From NCBI GenBank assembly GCA_035275345.1, contig DATEMY010000358.1, positions 8,314 through 72,313 on the forward strand: 64,000 nucleotides of DNA, in the 5' to 3' direction. The stretch is from Blastocatellia bacterium. Lineage in GTDB: Bacteria > Acidobacteriota > Blastocatellia > RBC074. Under the pieces are notes generated by a model. That model ran no database searches. It was not told the origin of the DNA and saw only the letters and a program-made list of their open reading frames with translations. Shown in pieces: positions 60,769 through 64,000 of the stretch (positions within the stretch are counted from its first letter, which is position 1; the number at the start of each line of letters is the position of its first letter). The position numbers were made by a program, and so were the translations under genes.

Positions 60769-61513
60769 TCAACGCCGCCCCTGCAAATTAGCCCACTCGC
60801 CTGACTGAATGAAACCGGCCCAATAAAACGGATGGCGGCGATCCTGGCTCTTCAGCATCCGCAACTGCACCTGGCGCAACGCCGCGCTGCGTCCTCGCCC
60901 CTGTTGTAAGGCCTTGTAATAATCGACCATCAGGCCCAATGTCTGGTGGCGCAAGGTCCGGCAGAAAAAAGCCATGCGTAGCAATGTGAAGCAGGTGGGG
61001 GCCGCGCATCTGCTTGACCGCCACTTCGGTCGCTTGATCGCTCAACAGAACCACGGCTTCAGGCAACACCTTTTTGAGCGCCAGCGCCTCGTCCGCTGTC
61101 GCCGATAATGGAAGGAAGAAAAGGCCGTCGAGGTTAGCGCTGGAGGTTTTGGCGTCTTGAGTCCCCTGGCGTACATTTGCCACCTCGCCATAATTCGGAT
61201 TGGCCACGATCAAGGCCGGCTGCCTGCTCGACTGCTTCACCTGCAAGCGCAGCAGATCGCGCCCGCTTGTCAGATAACTGAACTCGTAGCGTTCAACCAG
61301 AAATCGAGATCGCTCATCCACGAGCGCGGCAAAAGGGATGAGATTGAGCATCCCATCCGGCGAGAGCAACACCCTGAGCGTCGCGCCCAACCGCGTACGC
61401 ACTGGCTGCATCACCAGCCGGTCCAACGCGCGCGCCCATCGCGACACATCGCGCCGCTTGGGATCGCGAAGCGCCTGGCGCCAGGCTTCGATCTCGCGAT
61501 CTATCGCCTTCAC
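60769..61513 (-). pseudogene. CHAT (caspase-like) domain gene, apparently frameshifted
   Basis: ORF 60788-61513 carries the HIATHG catalytic-His region and then turns into non-CHAT sequence. A separate frame (60769-60984) encodes the CHAT C-terminal HPFYWAGFIQSGEW. Confidence 0.45.
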
Positions 61514-61917
61514 TTCGCCGCCAATTCTTCGAGAAGCGATCCGCCGATTACCGCCGTGATATCCACGACGGTCTTTTCTTGCTGGTCGACCTGCGCGTTA
61601 ACTTCGAGCGTCCGCAATCCGGCCGCGACCTCCTGCCCGCGCAGCATTTTGACAGCATAGAGCAGTTGGGAATCGAGTTTTTGCTGCGCGGGCGAGCGCG
61701 ACGCCTTCTCATCCAGCAGTGATCGAATCTGGCGCAGCGCGCTATCGGAAATTCTCGGGGCGCGGCCTTGAGTTGCGCCAATCACAACCGAACTGGACGC
61801 AGGTCGGCTGAAGAGGTAAGGCCAACCGCCGATGCCGGCCGTAACCAGCAATCCCATGATCATAAGCAGAATCATCGAACCGAACAGAAACTTGAAGTAA
61901 TTGGCTGGAACTTTCAT
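61510..61917 (-). CDS. Hypothetical N-terminally membrane-anchored protein; ATGA-coupled to (or N-terminal part of) the CHAT gene
   Basis: TM helix FKFLFGSMILLMIMGLLVTAGIGGW, then soluble region; stop overlaps the CHAT ORF start. Confidence 0.35.
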   Translation of the reverse strand: MKVPANYFKFLFGSMILLMIMGLLVTAGIGGWPYLFSRPASSSVVIGATQGRAPRISDSALRQIRSLLDEKASRSPAQQKLDSQLLYAVKMLRGQEVAAGLRTLEVNAQVDQQEKTVVDITAVIGGSLLEELAAK

Positions 61918-62050
61918 CGAGTGGCCTCCTCATTAACGTTGAAGTTTAGGCGCGGCGCGTCCATTTGCGAGCCGCGCCTGATTTGGTTGTTTAGGGTTGC
62001 GAATCACGCTCTAAGTTATTGGCGCCATGCGAAAGCGTTTCTCCTCCGGC

Positions 62051-62728
62051 TCAACTAGCCAGCCAGTCGCGCCGCCGTCTCCGCGCGAAATTGATCTCCG
62101 CCTCCCAAGGCGCCATGGCGTCCTGCGGAAGTTCATCGCGTTCAGGGCGCGACAGACAAAACCAGATGAATGGCTGGAAGCTGAGCGTGTTGCTCGAATT
62201 GCCGGCGGCGTCAACCAGATTGAAGGATACCGAGAACGTTCCGATGCTGAGCGATCCCGGCTGATAGACGATGGCGAAATCAATCGTCCCGGCGATTTGT
62301 CCGGGCAGGTTGAGAGACGGCCCTGTGCCCGAGACGACGCAGGAGTTGATTCCGGTTGAGAGCGTGAAGCGTACCCTCGCGCTGTTGCTCTGGCTGCCGG
62401 TGAAGACGATATTGCCGTCGGCGTCGGCGAAATCCACCCGGCCCGTTACGATGACATTCGAGCCGTCAGCGCCAGGTGAGTTGACCGTCAGGTTCGAGAT
62501 CGTGGGAGTGTTCGACGTCGGCCGAGAGACGATTTCAAAAGGGCGCGTGTTGGATCGGCCCGAAGGCGAGACCACCGTCACCGTTCGCGCGCCGAGCGAG
62601 GCGTTGGAGTCGATCGAGAGTCGGACTGTCACTGAATTTCCCGTCGAGACCAGATTGCTGATCGTGACGCCGTTTCCCGGAGTTACCTCCACCGAGTTGA
62701 CAGTGGCCATATCTGTCCCGTTGATCAC
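62051..62728 (-). CDS. Ser/Thr/Asn-rich repetitive protein fragment (possible Ig-like or cell-surface protein); start undefined
   Basis: Low-complexity beta-rich repeats (VTVSPSGRSN..., TISNLTVNSPGADGSNVIVTG). The open frame continues upstream of the annotated Met. Confidence 0.25.
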   Translation of the reverse strand: MINGTDMATVNSVEVTPGNGVTISNLVSTGNSVTVRLSIDSNASLGARTVTVVSPSGRSNTRPFEIVSRPTSNTPTISNLTVNSPGADGSNVIVTGRVDFADADGNIVFTGSQSNSARVRFTLSTGINSCVVSGTGPSLNLPGQIAGTIDFAIVYQPGSLSIGTFSVSFNLVDAAGNSSNTLSFQPFIWFCLSRPERDELPQDAMAPWEAEINFARRRRRDWLAS

Positions 62729-63077
62729 GAAACTACCGAACGTCTGTCCGGGTACGCCGATGCGCTGACTGATTGTGTTGATTTTCAGCGCGCAGAGCTT
62801 GGTACTCCCGCAAAGCTTCCTCGGGAAATATTGGCGTTGATCTCGCAGTAGACAGACTGCTCCTCACCAAGGCTTAGGGCCTCGCTTAAGAAACTCGCAG
62901 CTTGAAACAGTTCGGCTGATTACAAGGCGACGCGCTCAAGTTAGCGGTCCATGTTTACTCCTGATCGTGAAGTATCAGCGCGCGTATCCACATCTCTCCT
63001 CGGCCCCCCTGCGTCAGACAGGCAGCCGAAGCTAATGAGATTGGCTTTCCTGTCTGTTCATTAATGGCGGTTGAGCG

Positions 63078-63105
63078 AAAAATTCTTCAGTCTGAAGATT
63101 TTTTT
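63078..63105. terminator. Bidirectional terminator-like hairpin (AAAAATTCTTCAG-T-CTGAAGATTTTTTT) in an intergenic region
   Basis: A-tract/stem/T-tract read directly. No convergent gene pair explains it. Confidence 0.25.
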
Positions 63106-63336
63106 GCGACGGTGATTTTGTATTCGAGGGAGAGGTCAATGCCGCTCGGAGTGATACTACTGTCCGTCAAAACTGGGACATCTCAATCCGGGCTGACCGA
63201 GTAAGAACACGCGCGGGGATTGTCTTCCCAAATCGACCCCAAGCCCGCGAGGGCGGAAATTTTTTCAAACCCGGCATCTCAGCTGACCATCTTAATGACT
63301 AATTTTCTAAATTCGCTGAACCGAGGTACTGTAGGG

Positions 63337-64000
63337 ATGAATAGATGTATAAGGACAGCCGTCGCAATATTTAGCGCCCTGATTTGCTGCGCGATATGCG
63401 TCATCACAGGCGCCGCGCAAACTCAAAAGCAGAATTCAGAACAGACCATCAAGATTGACACGACATTGGTCAGTGTGCCGGTCATCGTCAGCGACCGGCA
63501 GGGCCGCTATATCGCTGGTTTAAAGGCGTCGGATTTCGCGCTCTACGAAGATCGCGTCAAGCAACCGATTGTTTTTTTCGCCGATACCGAGGACCCGATC
63601 AATGTCGCATTGGTTCTGGATACCAGCAGGAGCGCGGCGGGGGTTCTGGACGACATCAAGAAAACGGCGACGGACTTTGTCACGCAATTGCGCTCGCAAG
63701 ATCGCGCGATGATCGTCACTTTTGATCGCGACATGTTGGCGCTGTGCGAGTTGACCTCGAATCGCAAAACGCTGGAACGCGCCATCGGTAATGCTCAAAT
63801 CGGCGAACGCCTGGGAACGAAGTTGCGCGACGCGGTCAATGCCGTAATGAAGGAAGAATTCAGAACGGTTAAAGGCCGCAAGGCCATCGTGTTGTTGACC
63901 GACGGCAAGGACCATGGCAGCGAGATCGCCGAAGAAGCGTTGCTCGAAAACGCGGCGGAAGCCGATACCCTGATCTACTCGGTTTTTTATCTGTCCTTGC
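63337..64000 (+). CDS. von Willebrand factor A (VWA) domain protein with signal peptide; 3' end lies outside the window
   Basis: N-terminus MNRCIRTAVAIFSALICCAICVITGAAQ. VWA pattern with MIDAS-like VALVLDTSRS and later LLTDGKD. No stop before the window end. Confidence 0.55.
   Translation, partial: MNRCIRTAVAIFSALICCAICVITGAAQTQKQNSEQTIKIDTTLVSVPVIVSDRQGRYIAGLKASDFALYEDRVKQPIVFFADTEDPINVALVLDTSRSAAGVLDDIKKTATDFVTQLRSQDRAMIVTFDRDMLALCELTSNRKTLERAIGNAQIGERLGTKLRDAVNAVMKEEFRTVKGRKAIVLLTDGKDHGSEIAEEALLENAAEADTLIYSVFYLSL

Overview
High-GC bacterial chromosome segment. The content is consistent with Acidobacteriota, but that assignment is unverified. The window is dominated by an aerobic respiratory and hydrogen-oxidation island, followed by an accessory region that holds a cryptic biosynthetic gene cluster.

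Gene order on the + strand:
- hypB (5' truncated), hypF, hypC, hypD, hypE.
- A complete alternative complex III operon, actABCDEF plus a small membrane ORF.
- A caa3/aa3-type cytochrome c oxidase operon. coxB is fused to an N-terminal SCO1/SenC copper chaperone domain and a C-terminal cytochrome c domain. coxA, coxC and coxD follow.
- A group 1h (formerly group 5, high-affinity) [NiFe]-hydrogenase, hhyS and hhyL. The small subunit has no Tat signal, and the large subunit carries the group-specific L1/L2 motifs.
- A run of conserved hydrogenase-associated unknowns, a HupD-type maturation protease, a YceI gene, then a second and more complete hyp set: hypA, hypB, hypF, hypC, gmhA-like, hypD, hypE.

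Downstream lie secreted hypothetical proteins, an HTH_XRE-shikimate kinase fusion, an AraC regulator, a TonB-dependent receptor with a carboxypeptidase-regulatory-like N-terminus, a feruloyl-CoA-synthetase-like ligase followed by a C-terminal remnant of a 3-hydroxyacyl-CoA dehydrogenase, and an amidohydrolase.

The most novel part is a minus-strand cluster at about 47.9-60.3 kb. It contains a sigma-54 (NtrC-family) activator and an orphan receiver. These precede a FAAL-ACP didomain and a fusion of a class-III aminotransferase with an acyl-ACP-reductase (AAR)-like domain, which predicts a fatty-aldehyde to fatty-amine route. Then come an NRPS adenylation domain truncated after core A8, followed by frame-scrambled condensation and thioesterase remnants. 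The cluster ends with an SbnA-like enzyme, a GNAT-like ORF, an MbtH-like domain fused through a poly-Pro linker to an unknown domain, and an SbnB-like ornithine-cyclodeaminase-family enzyme. SbnA plus SbnB is the L-2,3-diaminopropionate route.

Several non-coding elements stand out. A roughly 170-bp inverted array of GGGGACAA octamers sits between actD and actE. A perfect 22-bp inverted repeat lies between hhyS and hhyL. A 79-bp twin-hairpin palindrome precedes hupD. Two perfect tandem 19-bp direct repeats lie upstream of actA.

No rRNA, tRNA, CRISPR, IS or phage genes were recognised. Many long antisense ORFs in the track are GC-artefacts.
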